Part shown: positions 1 through 15,400 of the stretch, one piece after another
Layout: each line of letters opens with the position of its first letter
Position numbering within the stretch: the stretch's first letter is position 1
DNA from: the human T2T-CHM13v2.0 reference genome, Homo sapiens
DNA length: 64,000 bases
Reading direction: 5' to 3' (one strand)
Assembly: GCF_009914755.1 (NCBI RefSeq)
Contig: NC_060930.1
Position numbers and translations under genes: made by a program
The notes under the pieces: model-generated
Told to the model about the DNA's origin: nothing
Databases searched by the model: none
Seen by the model: only the letters and a program-made list of their open reading frames with translations

Positions 1-559
1 TCTTACTGCTGAATAATAATGGCTGTAATAGACTGAGGAGATTTCCATTTAAATAAGTGGATGATTTTAGCTGACTCTGGAAATGTAAATGTACCCTAAT
101 TAATGAATGCCTTAATCGTTCTTCCTGTTTCTTCTTTATAGACACATTGTTTCCTGCCTAGGGGTGAATACATTTGGTGTACATACATTCAGATATGAAT
201 ATACATACGCATATACATTTTCAATGTACCAGCTTTAATGGAGAAGAACAAAGGATATTCATTAGTTAGAGCTACAAAAATCTCTTCAAGGACTTCCATT
301 TGCATCAGAATAAAGTCTATCTTTCTTAGTCTGGCATTCAAGGCCTTCTGAATCTGACTTCAACTATGTTTCACGAGATATTTCATCTTCCCTGGCAACT
401 GGCTGTCTTTTGAATTTCCAGCAGACTTATTCTTTCTATCAATAATATGACATTTATGGCTCTATTTAAAAGACTTTTGATGCCTCACTTCCCAGAACAA
501 AGAAACTAGGTTTTGAATTTAACTGATGAATACTTTCCATTACTTAAAAATATATATTT

Positions 560-1240
560 TTTAGCATATAATATTACAGGTTTAAGTTAGAAAAATTTTA
601 ATATATAACACACTAGGAAAAAATTACCTTTGATCCTATTACAAAAAGATAAAACTTATAACATCATAAAAAGATATTAGTTAAGTTCCTTAGAAGATTT
701 TTTCATGTTTTAAAAAAATAGAACCCTATCAGATTATTTATATACATATTCCATGTCAATTTTTGAAAATTTAGAATTCTGTTAGGCATATATATTTTAT
801 ATCATGCATTTTCAGTAATATTTTATAGGTGTTTTCACAATTTTATGATACATTATTTTATGAAACATTATTTATGAAACATTTTTAATAACATGTTAAT
901 AATGCTCCTATGAAAGAGTACTATAGTTAATTTACCACATCCATTTATTGTTGGTAATGTATGTTATTGTACTCGTATTCCTCTAACCAATACTGATGAA
1001 AGAAATTGCTTTTATTCCCAAATCTTCATTTCATGTCTGGTTCTACTCTCAGAATATACATTCTTTAAGTTGCATCATTATCGTCAAAAAATATAAATTT
1101 TTAAACACGTATAACTAAATCATTTTCCAGAACAATTCTATTCACTTACACCCTTCGCCAAACAATATTGAGTATCTCTCTCACTGCCTCTCAAAATATC
1201 GCATGGCCTTACTTTTTAAAAACATTTTTGGCACATAACT
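560..1240 (-). mobile_element. Highly diverged ancient LINE-1 3' region (L1ME/L1MC-like)
   Basis: AT-rich stretch with degenerate antisense L1M 3' motifs (ttaatttaccacatccatttattgttgg; cattttccagaacaattctattcacttacaccc...aacaatattgagtatctc). Boundaries approximate. Confidence 0.5.
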
Positions 1241-2455
1241 CAGTACAAATTTTCATATCTATGTTTACTACAAATATAAAATATTTTCAAATTGTAAACT
1301 TTTCCATTCTGGAAAAGAAATCTGGGATCAACCTTGTTTCTTTAAAATTAGCTTTTTTTTCCCCTCATCTGGTACTTGACTTTTAAGAAATTTATTCCAG
1401 AAAATTGAAAGTTTGCATAAAATATATCTAGATATTGGTCTCTTTTACTTCTCTCTTGTTGCTTTTCTTGAACATGTTCAGTGATTTCACTGTGCAGATT
1501 ATAATTCTGGGGAGGTTAATATATCCACTGATGTTTCAAAAAATAGCCTGCAGTTCTTTTGCTAGAGAGGCAGGTTGTTCTTCCTGCCTCTACCCATCTA
1601 ATTCAGGATGAACATTCCAGGATGCCGGATATGAGTATTCACTACTTGTCACTCCTGGCCACTGCATATTTGATGTCATCGTCTCTCAGAGGGACACCAC
1701 AACAGAGGTCCTGATGGAATTGAAAACAGGGAACTTATGGAGGGAGTAGACACATCTGAGCACCTGAATCACTGGGGTCAAACCTAGAGTAAATAATTCA
1801 TGATACATCCCAATTTTTTGATATAAGAGAATTTGGGGGTGGAGGCATTACAGAGGGGAGTGACTGAATTTGTTTATTCTCTCTCTCTTTTTTTTTTTTA
1901 ACAATTTTTTACTAGTTTTGCTTAGTTGCTTTGTTTTGTGGGTCTTGAAACGAGTTGGTGACTAAGATTTCCTGATTCATCCACCCACGCTCTCCTACAG
2001 TTGAGGGCGATTCTTCCATGAAATTGACAAAGTTTTCAACTAACAGACCTTAGTTTTCAGGTCTGTTGAAACATTGCATGTTTTTCTGTTCTCCTGACTA
2101 GATGAAAATGAATCAAGCACATATTTCTAATTGCACATCATGCTCTGGGTGTATTTTAAATAGAGACACTTACATGACTGGCAAATAACATCTCAATGAC
2201 AGTTATAATTCTCAACCCTAGTCATTGGTCCTCACAACCAAGAAATGATATGACCGTTCTTTCTAGGACAAACAGCCTTTTTCAAAATTTGCTTTTTTCT
2301 TTTTTTAATTAAAAAATATAACCAGAAATTATAACTCGTTGAGTTGCTATTTAATGGATTGGTAAAAAAATAATTTTTGAGTTATAATTTTTCTCTCAAT
2401 TCCTAACACATTAATACCTAATTTTACCTTCATGTCCTAGTAGCAGTTACTACCA

Positions 2456-2486
2456 GGCAAGTTACTTAATGTGGCAAGTTACTTAA
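2456..2486. repeat. Short tandem duplication GGCAAGTTACTTAA x2
   Basis: Exact 14-mer at 2456-2469 and 2473-2486. Confidence 0.85.
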
Positions 2487-3491
2487 GGCAACAGTTACAG
2501 TGATATAATTTGAAGTTTCTTAACCCAACCATACCTTGTGTACATAAATTTTCTCTCCTATCCCGTCGGGCCACATAGAAAGAAGATGTAAAGATTAGTT
2601 TTCATATTCGTATCCTAATATGTTCACAGCTACTCAAGGGTAGATATCTACATTGTGGAATTCTGTGGGTCATCTTCAAACAATGAAAACTCTTATCAAT
2701 CCATCTATAATCTTTCATCATCTAGCAAGGTATTAATCTACCATCTATCATGTCTGTCTCATCTACCTATCTGTATTTATAACGTTTTCTCTGCATTATT
2801 TTTAGTCTACATTACAGATAATGTTTCAAATGTAAATAACCCTAAGAACAAATACAGGTTGACAAAGTTAGGCTCAGAAAATGATATCTCTTGGATCCTT
2901 TTGAGGATACAGGTTTTGATGTGGGGATGGGAAACAGGGGAGTAGGAGAGCAGAGGATCAGCTCACTTTGGTTTCTGTCATAATCTCCATGCACCCTCCC
3001 CAACACATTCCCATGCCTGAGTTAGAATGCAAAAGAGTGTGGAAATTACTGCCTCAGCTAAAATGAAAATAAGGAAGTACCTACCTTTTCTACCACCTGT
3101 GGATCTGCATCGCTGCCACATAAAAAGGGCAGCACATTTGTATTATTGAATAAATGGTTTTGGTGCACTTTTCCTCTCAACCCTTTAAGACTCAAAGTTC
3201 AGTTAGGGCTAGGGTCAAGCTATTAATAATACTTGTTTGTCTGGGGTTAACAATGAGCATTAACTTCTAGTTCACAGAAGTGAGGAGGGTGAGGAAGGGG
3301 ATGAAACATGTCCCCAGAACCAAGTGACTTGCTGGGTTGGGTGAGCCAAGCTAATTCTTTTAACTTTGCTTAGATTCATGTGCCAACAAAGTTTAAAAAT
3401 ATAGTAATGAGGTAATAAAATAAGAAGAGGCTTGAGCTCCTTGGGCAATGGAGGTTCATTATGTTATTATGATTAGAGAATTATGCCCATT

Positions 3492-3535
3492 AAATATGAA
3501 ATAAATAAAATAAAATATGAAAATCTAAGAAGGAA
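3492..3535 (+). mobile_element. Minimal A-rich retro-insertion flanked by 17-bp target-site duplication
   Basis: agagaattatgcccatt (3475-3491) and agaaaattatgcccatt (3536-3552) match 16/17 and flank 44 bp of A-rich sequence; the left copy is preceded by TT. Confidence 0.6.
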
Positions 3536-3590
3536 AGAAAATTATGCCCATTTTCCAGGACATTTATTTTTCATTTTTAATCATCTGACA

Positions 3591-3752
3591 CTGTGGTTCT
3601 CAACCATTGCTGCATATCGTGATCACCTGGAGGAGCTCGGAAGGCATGCCAATGCCTGAGTCTCATCCCAGGGCAATGAAATCAGAGCCCCCTGGGGCCA
3701 TGTCATCAATGCTCAGGTGATTCTAATGTGAAGTCAGGGATCAGAAGCACTG
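3591..3752. mobile_element. MER5-family hAT-Charlie MITE
   Basis: Termini ctgtggttctcaa ... cagaagcactg resemble the CAGTGGTTCTCAA TIR; internal atcacctggaggagct and caggtgattctaatgtg are typical of MER5A/B. Confidence 0.75.
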
Positions 3753-5896
3753 TTCTAATGGCACATGAAGCCAGTTTTTGTGTGGCACAGATTAACTTGG
3801 GGTGGCAATGGCCGGGGATGGAGTAGTTTTCCTACTACATGATTAACTCTGCTAGCTGGCTCTGGTTCTTAGTACAAAGGACATGTTTAAACTGAAGTCA
3901 AGTAAAGTTAATGCCAGTCGCCTGTCATTTCTCTGTCCATTATAAGTGACATATCTGCACCCGGTGTTTTAATCCCAAACATGTCACTGTTTTCATGTCA
4001 TCATTCCATTCCATGTTGCAGAGATCACTCTTGTCAGTTCCCATTCATCTGGAAGGGTCAGGCCCACACTTAAAACCTGAGGTCCAGCTTGTGCTTCTGA
4101 CAAGGTCTGTCATATAGCGGCTGTCACCAGGCCCAGTGCACATTGGCTTCAGTCAGCTGCCACTTCAAACCACAGTTGGTTGATTGTTAGGAGTTCGACT
4201 TACCAACTACACCATCTGACACTAGAACTGAAAGTCAATGGCAAAGGAAATTACTTGAGTGACACTATTGGATTTTTGGCCATGTCTCCCTGAGGTGATG
4301 TAAAAGTCTTAATTCTGCCAAATCCCCTCCGAGGCATAAAGCATACAAACATAAGGGCTGATAGGGAATCTTTAAGGCAGTCTGCAGAAATGTTCAGAAA
4401 ACTTGGCTGTTTATTCTCCCAGGTTGGTAGTAAAACTAGAAGTTAGGAATGAGTCCAAGGGTTGGAAACGAAGTTGTGTCTAGAGGCAGGTACACTGGCA
4501 TTCTGTTCTCCATTTTTTTCCCTTCATCAAGGGCAGAGGAGTGGAAGGTGAGGAAGAAGGTAAGCAATGGACCATTCATTGTTTTTCTACTTAATAATTT
4601 ATATTTTCACAATGCCTATGGGTAGTGATATGGAATGGAAATTAGGAATATAGTATTGATATGCATAGGTAAGAAGAGTATGATTTAATGCCTTGAAGTG
4701 TTTGTGGGTAATCTCATCTTACATGAAATTACTTGGGGAATATTGGGCCTCACTTTAAGAAAGATGTCCAGTGCTGTCTTTCAGAGCACATCACCCTAAG
4801 TCATCCATCCCAGAAGCTTAGAGAAGGGTCCCAGCAGTGATTCACTGGATTGTCCCCTACTAAGTTCATCCTTTACATCAAACCCAACAGTTTAGCAATA
4901 TTCTGTTATCAATGAAATGAGTATTGATACCTGCCAATGTTTACAGAAAGCAGAGAGCCACATTGGGAGGAACTATAATAGTTTATAATATATAAGATAT
5001 TACAAAATAAACATTTTCAATTGACTTTTTCATTTCAATATTGTCAAAGCTGCTGATTCAATAGACAAATCCCAGAAAGCACATAAGAATGCCTAATATA
5101 TAGTAATGCTCCTGAGAGAGGATTTTGAGTTTATGTGGATTATCTATTCATCCATCTAATTCTTGGCAAAGTTATTAGAAAAGAAAACCATAAATGCAAT
5201 GTATTAATAAATCAAAATATATTTGGAATGGAAAGTTGAAAACGTAATATTTTTTATTAATTTTCATATGCGATAGTTTCTCTAAAATGACCATGAAAGT
5301 CAATAAAAACTTGTAATCTTCTATATAACATATTCTCTTCATTTATTTTTTCAGAAAAAAACACACCCTGAGTGTGATGATCTCTATAAGAATTTATTCC
5401 CTATCACAAAGAGGTTAACCTAAGTGAGGCCTGGATTCAAAGAGCAGGTACACAAGAAACACTAATTAGTTGCTAAAGAAGAAATTCAGTTTTCAAAGGC
5501 TGGATTGATGTATTATTATTTAGCTTAATGATCACTTACATTGAAATTCCCATTTCCCTAAGCCTCACTTCTTTTTCAGCGAGGCCACCCCTTGGGAGGG
5601 CACAGAGAATCTGCACATTCCCATGCACAGTGCCCACAAAGATTTACTTAAATTGCTACTCTTATTGTGACACATGCACAAATTCCATTTCCTTTTTCTT
5701 TAGTATAGCCATATTAATAAAAACTGGAAATTTAGAGGTTTATTATTTAAACTTTATAAACACCAATGCCCAACATATGTAGAGTGTAAATGTCTAGCAC
5801 AACAGGGTTTCTCAGCATAGAGAGAGCTGACACCTGCTGGCAGTTCTTCATGTTCTCTTGGTGATCACAACCCCCTCAGCTGTCACACAATGTTCA

Positions 5897-6284
<388 letters not shown>

Positions 6285-8031
6285 CTATGCATATATGCCA
6301 GCCTATCTAGGGGAGAAGAGGGAGCTTGATTGACTCCAGAGTACTTCGGGTAGTAGATAAATTAGGAGAAAAATATTAACTCTTTCGCAGTGTCTGGCAA
6401 GTAGGGCTAGACGCAGTAGCAGAGCCAGAGAGTGGGGGCATAGAAGAGATTCAGAATATGGGGAGAGACTACTTCTGACCCTCCCATATCCAGCCCCTTT
6501 GCTAGGAAGTGTGCACCCTGCTAAGGAGAAGATTGTATTGAACAGTCTCTGATTTGATAGAGGCCCTAGAACTTCTACTATGGTTCTCCCTTCTGAAAGA
6601 GCTAGGTACTATAAAAGGGTATTGTTTTCCTTTTGACCAAAGAAGAGGTGAGCTTTGGAGACCTGGAGGCACACTAAAGATTGTAAGAAACTCCCTATAG
6701 TGACAGCCAGCAGAGATGGTGAGAAAGAACAAATGAGAGAAAGGAACAATGCTGCTGGCAAGCAGATTATGCAGCATTGGAGTTCTAGTTTGGGCCAACC
6801 CCATTATGTGAGCAGGAAAAGTTGGCATTTAAGCCTCAGAAATCCATAGCAAGATGGCCTACACAAAGGCCTGAAATTGAACTGCAGTGGAGCTCTAGTG
6901 ATATTTGAAACAGCTTTTCTTTCCCATTTCTCTTCCTTTAATAGCCTAGAGATAGAGGACAAATGATGTTGGGCAAAACGGCTAAGATTTTACTATGTGG
7001 TTAATGGGTATGTTGATCGTACACCTGCGGACAAACCCTGAAAGTGACCTTCTCTTGGAATTTAGAGGGTGAGGTTTAGGGAACACTTTTCTTAGATTGT
7101 TGGCATGGGAAACTTCTACAGGCCTAACAATAACACTTTTTAATGTTTGTTTAGCAGCTTATTTTTCAGTGTCTCTAAAATATATGTAAAAATTCTTTGA
7201 CTAAATAATATGCAAGAATTATATCTCCAGATTAGACTCCCTAAACTATGAACTGTTGGTACCCTGCTTTATTGGTCACTGTGTTCTCAGTCACAGGCAT
7301 GACACCATGCACATGAGTACTCAATAAATGTTTGTCGAAAGAATGAATAAATTAATAGAATGGATGCATCTACCATCTTGTATGTAAAATTAAGATCTCT
7401 AGAGCTAATGAATGAAAATATACAATACTTAGCAAAGGTATATGACATTATGCACTGTTTGCAGCACAGATTAAGGAGTGGATCTGATTAATTTCAAAAT
7501 TACACACTTGCTTATGAATGGCTTTTTCAGTAATTATAAAGAATTTGTCTTAAATGCTTTATTGATAAGCTGTTTCTACTCATCAGCCAGAGCTAATGCA
7601 TGTTAATATATGCAGGCTGTGTATGTTACCTGGAATTGTCAGTGGCTCATTAGAAGTGTGCGAATGATGTAAAACCAGGAATCCTTCAGTCACCTTTGTC
7701 GAGATTCAAACTCAAGTACAATATGTTTGAAAACTATTTCTACCCTTCAGGCATATTGTTACAGAAATAAAAGAATTTAGTCTCTATTTCCAGTTTCATT
7801 TTAATATTCTCTATAGTGAAAGTTGCTTACAACACAGGCTCTCAACTAGGAGGAGCCTGTGCATATACTAAATATCAGCAGATAAAAGATGACATTTTTA
7901 TAGGAACCTAGAATGAGAGATGAAGCAGATTTGCAGTTGTTGGCTGTACCATCTTCTAGGTGTTCATTTTGCCTATGTTCTCAGTCATATATTCATTTGA
8001 GAAATGTAGAAAGAGGCCAAATGGTTTAAAG

Positions 8032-8245
8032 CTGTGTTGTCCAATATGGTAGCCACTAACCACATGTGGCTTATTGAGTACTTAAAATGTGGTTAATCTG
8101 AACTCATATATGCTCTAGGCATAAAGTGTATGCTGGATTTTGAAGAGTTTGTTTGAAAAGCAAAATGTATGCAAAAAATGTGCTAAAATGATATTTTGGT
8201 TTAGATAAAATATATTATTAAAAGTAAGTTTACATTTTTTAACTT
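8032..8245. mobile_element. MER33-like hAT-Charlie fragment truncated by the adjacent L1
   Basis: tgtccaatatggtagccactaaccacatgtggcttattgagtacttaaaatgtgg matches the MER33/MER3 terminus; similarity ends where the L1 3' end begins. Confidence 0.75.
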
Positions 8246-11144
8246 TTAAAATTATTTTTAATTGACTAATGTAAAATTGTATGTATTTAAGGTGTACAAT
8301 ATGATGTTTTGATACATGTACACTTTGTTGAATTGTTTAATCAAGATAATTAACATATCTATCACCTCACATGTTTATTTTTATTATAAAAATATAAAGT
8401 CTACTCCATTAATAATTTTCAAGTATACAATATATTATTATTTACTAAAGTAACCATGCTGTAAAATAGATCTGTGGCAGTTTTTCCTCATGTCTAACTG
8501 AAACTTTGTACACTTTCACAAATATCTTCCCATTCTCTGCCTCTCCTTCCCCACTCCCAGCCCCAGTTAACAACTATTCTATTCTTTGCATTTTGAGTTA
8601 AAATTTTTTAGATTCTCTATATAAATGAAATCAGGTATTATTTGTCTTTCAGTTACTGGCTTATTTTTCTAAGCATAATGTTCTTCAGATTTGTCCAGTT
8701 TTTCACAAGTGACAGAATTTCCTTCTTTTTAAAAGCTGAATAGTATTCTATTATAGATACATGCCACATATTATTTATCCATTCATCTGTTGATAGACAC
8801 AAGTTGATGCCATATCTTGAATATTGTAAATAACGCTACAGTGAACATGAAAGTTCAAATATCTCTTTGACATACTGATCTCCTTTGCTTTGGATAAATA
8901 TCTAGAAGTGGAATTGCTGGATCCTATAGTAGTTTATTTTTAATTTTTTAAGGAAATTTCATGATGTTTTCCACAATGGCTAAATTAATTTTTATTCCCA
9001 CCAACAGTGTACAAGCGTTCCCTTTTGTCCACATCTTTACCAAAACTTATCTTTTGACTTTTTGATAAAGCCATTTTCATAGATATGAGGATATACCTCA
9101 TTGTGGTTTCAATTTGCATTTCCTTGAGGATTAGTAATGTTGAGCACATTTTTATGAACTTGTTGGCCTGTATGTCTTATCTTGAGAAGTGTCTGTTCAG
9201 GTCCTATGCCCATTTTTAAATTGGGTTATTGGTTTTCTTGCTCTTGAGTTGAGCTCTTTATATATTTTGCATCTTAGCCCTTTATCAGATTTATGGTTGC
9301 AAATATTTTCTCCCATTCTGTAGGTTGTGTCTTTATTCTGTTGATTGTTTTCTTGGCAGTGCAAATGTTTTTTAGGTTGATGTACTCCCATTTGTCTAGT
9401 TTTGCTTTTGTTGTCTGTGCTTTTGGCATCACAGCCAAAAAATCTTTGCCCAGACCAATGTCAGGAAGCTTTTCTTCCCTATATTTTCTTTGAGTAGTTT
9501 AGCTGTTTCAGGTCTATAATCCATTTTGAGTTGATTTTCGTATATCATGGGAGATAAGGGTCCATTTAATTTTTCCACATGTGAATATCCAGTTTTTCCA
9601 AAATCATTTATTGAAGAGACTATCCTTTCTCATTGTGTGATCTTGGTAACTCTGTCAAAGATCAGTTGATCATAAATGTGTGGATTTATTTTTGGGCTAC
9701 ATTTTCTGTTCCATTGGTCTATATGTCTACTTTTATAAGAGTACAATGCTGTTTTCATTATTATAGATTTATAGTAGATTTTGAGATCAAGCCATGTGAT
9801 GCCTCCAGCTTTGCTCTTTTGTTCCAAGATTGCTTTGGTTACTCATTGTATTTTGTGGTTCTGTATAAATTTCAGGATTGTTTTTTCTGTTTCTCTGAAA
9901 AATGCCATTGGAATTTTGATCAGGATTGCATTGAATCTGTAGATTGCTTTAGATAGTATACACACTCATGAATATTGCATGAATTGCAATATTCTTCCAA
10001 TTCATGAGCAGTGAATATATTCCATTTATTTGTGATTTCAATTTCTTTCATCAATATTTTATAGTTTTTAATATAAAAATCTTTCACCTCCTTGATAAAA
10101 TTTGTTCCATAGTATTTTAATTTTTTATGTTATTATAAGTGGAATTGTTTTCTTGATTTGTTTTCTGGGTAGTTTATTGTTAGGGTATAGATATGCTTGA
10201 TAGTGACTTTTGTATGTTAATGTAGTATCTTGCAACTTTACTAAACTAAATTGGTTTATTAGTTCTATTTGTGTGTGTGTGTGTGGAGTCTTTACGGTTT
10301 GTATTATACATAAAGATCACATATCTGCCGACAGATAATTTAACTTCTTCCTTACCAATTTGGATGTCTTTTATTTTTTTTTCTTGCCTAACTGCTCTGG
10401 TTAGGAATTTCAGTACTGTGTCGAATAGAAGTTGTGAGAGTGGGCGTTCCTTATTGTTCCTGATCTTAGAGGGAAAGTCTTCAACTTTTTACCATTGAGT
10501 ATGCTATTAGCTGTGGCCTTGTCATATATGACCTTCATTGTGTTGAGGGATGTTCCTGGTATACCTAATTTGTTGAGAGTTTTTAATCATAAAATGTTCA
10601 ATTTTGTCAAATGCTTTTTCTGCACCTAGTGGTAAGATCATATGGTTTTTGTCCATATTTTGAAAAATCCTTGTATTCCAGCAATAGATCCCACTGGATC
10701 ATGGTGAATGGGCATTTTAATGTGCTATTAAATTCATTTTTATAGTATTTGGTTAAGGATTTTTTACCTATGTTTATCAAGGATATGGGTGTGTAATTTT
10801 CCTTTCTTGTAGTGTAGTCTGGGTTTGGTATCCGAGTAATGCTGGCTTCATAAAATAAGTTTGAAAGTATTCCCACTTCTTCAATTTTTTAGACAAGTTT
10901 GAGAAAAATTGATACTAATTTTTCTTAATGTTTAGAAGAATTCAGCAGTAAAGCCATCAGGTCCTGGGCTTTTGTTTAATGGGAGACTTTTTATTACTGA
11001 TCCAATCTCCTTGTTATGGTCTGTTCAGATTTTCTATTTCTTCATGATTCAGTCTTGATAGGTTTTATGTTTCTAGGAATTTATCCATTTCTTTTAGCTT
11101 ATTCAATACGGTGGCAAATAAATGTTCATAGTAGAGTCTTATAA

Positions 11145-11497
<353 letters not shown>

Positions 11498-14400
11498 TGA
11501 TATCATTTATAATGCTCCCTTTTTCAATTCTACTAATTTGAGCCTTCTCTCTTGTGCTCTGATCTTTATTATTTTCTTCCTTCTACTAACTTTGGGCTTA
11601 ATTTGTTCCTCTTTTTCTACTTCCTTGAGGTGTAATGTTATTTGCTCAAAATCTTTCTTCTTTTTTTGATATAGGTGTTTATCACTATAAACTTCCCTCT
11701 TAGAATTGCTTTTGCTGTAGTACTCCATAAGTTTGGATATGCTGCATCTCCCTTTTTTTTGTTTAAAAATATTTTTAAATTTCCCTTTTGATTTCTTCTT
11801 TGACTCTCTGATTTTTCAGGAGCATGTCGTTTGAATTCCACGTTTGTGATTTTTCTAAAATTCCTCCTGTTATTTATCGATTTGTAGTTTCATGTCATTC
11901 TGGTTGGAAAATATACTTGGTATGATTTCAATCTTTTTGAATTTGTTTACCTTTTTTATTGCCTAATATATGATCTATCTTGGAAAATGTTCCATATGCG
12001 CCTAAGAAGAATGTGTATTCTGCTGCTGTTGGATGGAATGTTCGGCATATGTCTGTTAGGTCCATTTGGTCTAAAGTGTAGTTCAAGTCTAATGTTTCTT
12101 TATGGATTTTATGTCTGAATAATCTATCCTTTGTCAGTAGTGGAGTAATAAAGTCTGCTACTACTATTATACTGTACTGTATCTCTCCCTTCAGATCTAT
12201 TAATATTTGCTTTCTCTATTTAGGTGCTATAATCTTGGGTGCCTATATACTTACAATTGTTATATCTTATTGATGAATTGACCCCCTTTATCATTATATA
12301 ATGACTTTCTTTGCCTAAAGGAGAGTTTTTGACTTTCTATTGTGTCCTATATAAATATGACCGCCCCTGTTCTCATTCAATTCCATTTGCATGGAATATC
12401 CTTTTCCACCTCTTCACTTCCGTTTTTGTGTGATTAAGGCTAAAGTGAGTCTTTTGTAGGCAGCATATTGCTGGGCCTTGTTTTTTTGTTCACTTATTCT
12501 ATATCTTTTAATTAGAGAAGTTACTCCATTTACATTTAACATGATTATTTATAGGAAATGACTTGCTATTAATATTTAATTAATTGTTTACTGACTATTT
12601 TGTAGTTGCCTTGTTCCTTTCTTCCAATTCTGCTCTCTTCCTGTTTGATTTGTTGAATGTTTGTAGTGGTATGCTTGGATTCCTTTCTTTTTATCTTTTG
12701 TGTATTGACTAGAGGGGTTTTTGTGTGAGTGTGATTGTCATGGGACTTATGTAAAATGTCTTATAATATTCTAATTTAAACTGATTACAAGTCAACTTCA
12801 ACTACTAACAAGACTATACTTTTATTCCATACACACACATTTTATGCTATTGATGCCACACTTTACATCTTTTTGTACTGTGCAGACATTAAAAACTTAC
12901 TTTAGTTATAGTTATTTTTAAATATTTTTGTTTTTTAACTTTTATACTAGAGTTAAATTAATTTACACACTGCCATTACAGTATAGAGCATTCTGAATTT
13001 GACTATATATTTACCTTTGCTAGTGAATTTTATACTTTCATGTGTTTTCATGTTGTTACTTAGCATTATTTTGCTTTAACTTGGAAAATTTTCCTTAGCA
13101 TTTCTTGTAAGGTAGGAAGGCAGGTCTCATGATGATAAACTCCTTTAGCTTTTGTCTTGCAATGTCTTTATCTCTCCTTCATGTTGGAAGAATAGCTTTT
13201 ATGGGTATTATACTCTTGGTTGGCAGATTTTTTTCTTTCAGCATTTTGATTATTTTACCTCAATCCCTCCTGGCTTGCTTATTATTAAGAAGTCCACTGA
13301 AAGCCTTATAAAAGAGGTTCCTCTGTGTGTGATGAATCTCTTATCTCTTGATATTTTCAATATTCTCTTTTTGTCCTTGACTTTTGACAATTTGGTTAAA
13401 ATGTGTCTTGGAGCATTCTTCTTTGGATTGATCTTTCTAGAGATCCTTTGCTCTTCATGAAACTAGATGTTCAAATCCTTTCCAAGATATATGCAGTATT
13501 CAGCCAGCAATTATTTAAATATGTTTTCTGCCTCTTTCTCCCTCACTTCTCCTTCTGGGACTTTCGTCATCAATATATTTGTATGTTTGATGTTGCTACA
13601 TGGGTTCCTTACTTTTTCTTTACCCTTTTTTCAGTCTTATTCCTTTTTTTTCTCTATTTGGCTAATTTCAAATAACCCATCTTCAAGCTTGCTAATTCTT
13701 TTTTCTGCAGGATTGAGTCTCCTCTTGAAGCTCTTTATTGAGTTTTTCCACTCCATCACTGTATTCCTGAGATTCAAAATTTCTATTTGGTTTCTATGTT
13801 TTTAATTCCTTCATTAAAATTCTAACATTTTCTTGCACTATTTTTCTGACTTTTGCTGGGTTTTTTTTTGCATCTCATTGAGTTTCTTTAAGATTATTCT
13901 TCTGAATTATTTATCAGGCAATTTATAGATCTCTGTTTCCTTGGGGTTGCTTACTGGAGCTTCATTGGTTATTTTTGCTAGTGCTATGTTTGCTTGATTA
14001 TTTGTTATCTGTGTAGTCTTATATTGATCTGTACAATAGAAGGAACACATATCTCCTCCAGTCTTTATAGACTAGTTCTGGCAGATCTTCTGCTATAATA
14101 GTTCTCTGGTTGATGGGATTGCCTCTATGATCATGGTTGAGTGGGGTTGCAGCCAGGTCACATGGCTGCTTCTAGGTTCACAGTGGGGCCCAAGAAGTTG
14201 GTGGAACTTTTATCTACTGTTTCTAGTGAGTGTGGAAGCTGTCTGTCCCTGGGTGGACTAGATTGGTCCATTGAACTGGCACTAAGATAAGGATCTACAG
14301 ACAGTGAACGTATTATAAGGTATGTGGACAGATGTGGCTTTCTCAAGTTCCCTGGGAAGGCACCTGCCAGATCACTCATTTGGGTTCACACATAGAAAAG

Positions 14401-14504
14401 TACTGTTCCAGTCTATGGCTTAGAGGGGCTGGAGCCAAGTCACAGGGCTGCTTCAAGGCTCACAAACAAGGATGAGGTCTTCAGATCTATCTCTGGGGTT
14501 ATGG

Positions 14505-14505
<1 letters not shown>

Positions 14506-14560
<55 letters not shown>
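14506..14560. repeat. (TG)~27 perfect microsatellite
   Basis: Uninterrupted TG run. Confidence 0.98.
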
Positions 14561-14563
<3 letters not shown>

Positions 14564-15033
14564 GTTGAGCTCCTGGGTGGGCAGACCCGTTCTCAGTCTG
14601 CAGTTAAGAGGGGATGTAATTGATTTATAGTGCCATTTTAAGATCCACATTGAGACTGAGGTCATCAGGTCAGTCTACAGGGGCACTGACATACATGCTT
14701 CCCTCTGGGTCCCAGGACAGGCAGAACTGCTCTCAGATTACAACTGAGAGGGGTTGGGGCCAACGGCTGTTTCAGGAATTTCTAAGGGATCAAGCTTGGA
14801 AAGCCTGTCCCAGGGACCCAGATGAGCATGTCCTGGAAGGTGCCTGACTGGGTAGAACTACTGCCTGATCATAGCCAAGATGGGCTGGAGCCAAGATTTA
14901 AGGCCCTTTCAGGAACTGATTTTGGCATGCCTGCCCCAGGACTCAGGAGGATGTATCTACCTCTGCATCCTCGTATGAGTAGGGCTGATCTTAAACCACA
15001 GCTAAAGGATGCTAGAGCCCAGTTAGAGGATAG

Positions 15034-15400
<367 letters not shown>

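Noticed and set aside
6300-7090. Possible ancient LTR (TATAAAAG at ~6609, purine-rich body)
   Set aside because: LTR-like in composition, but I could not match a family, termini or TSD, so it is not reported as a feature.
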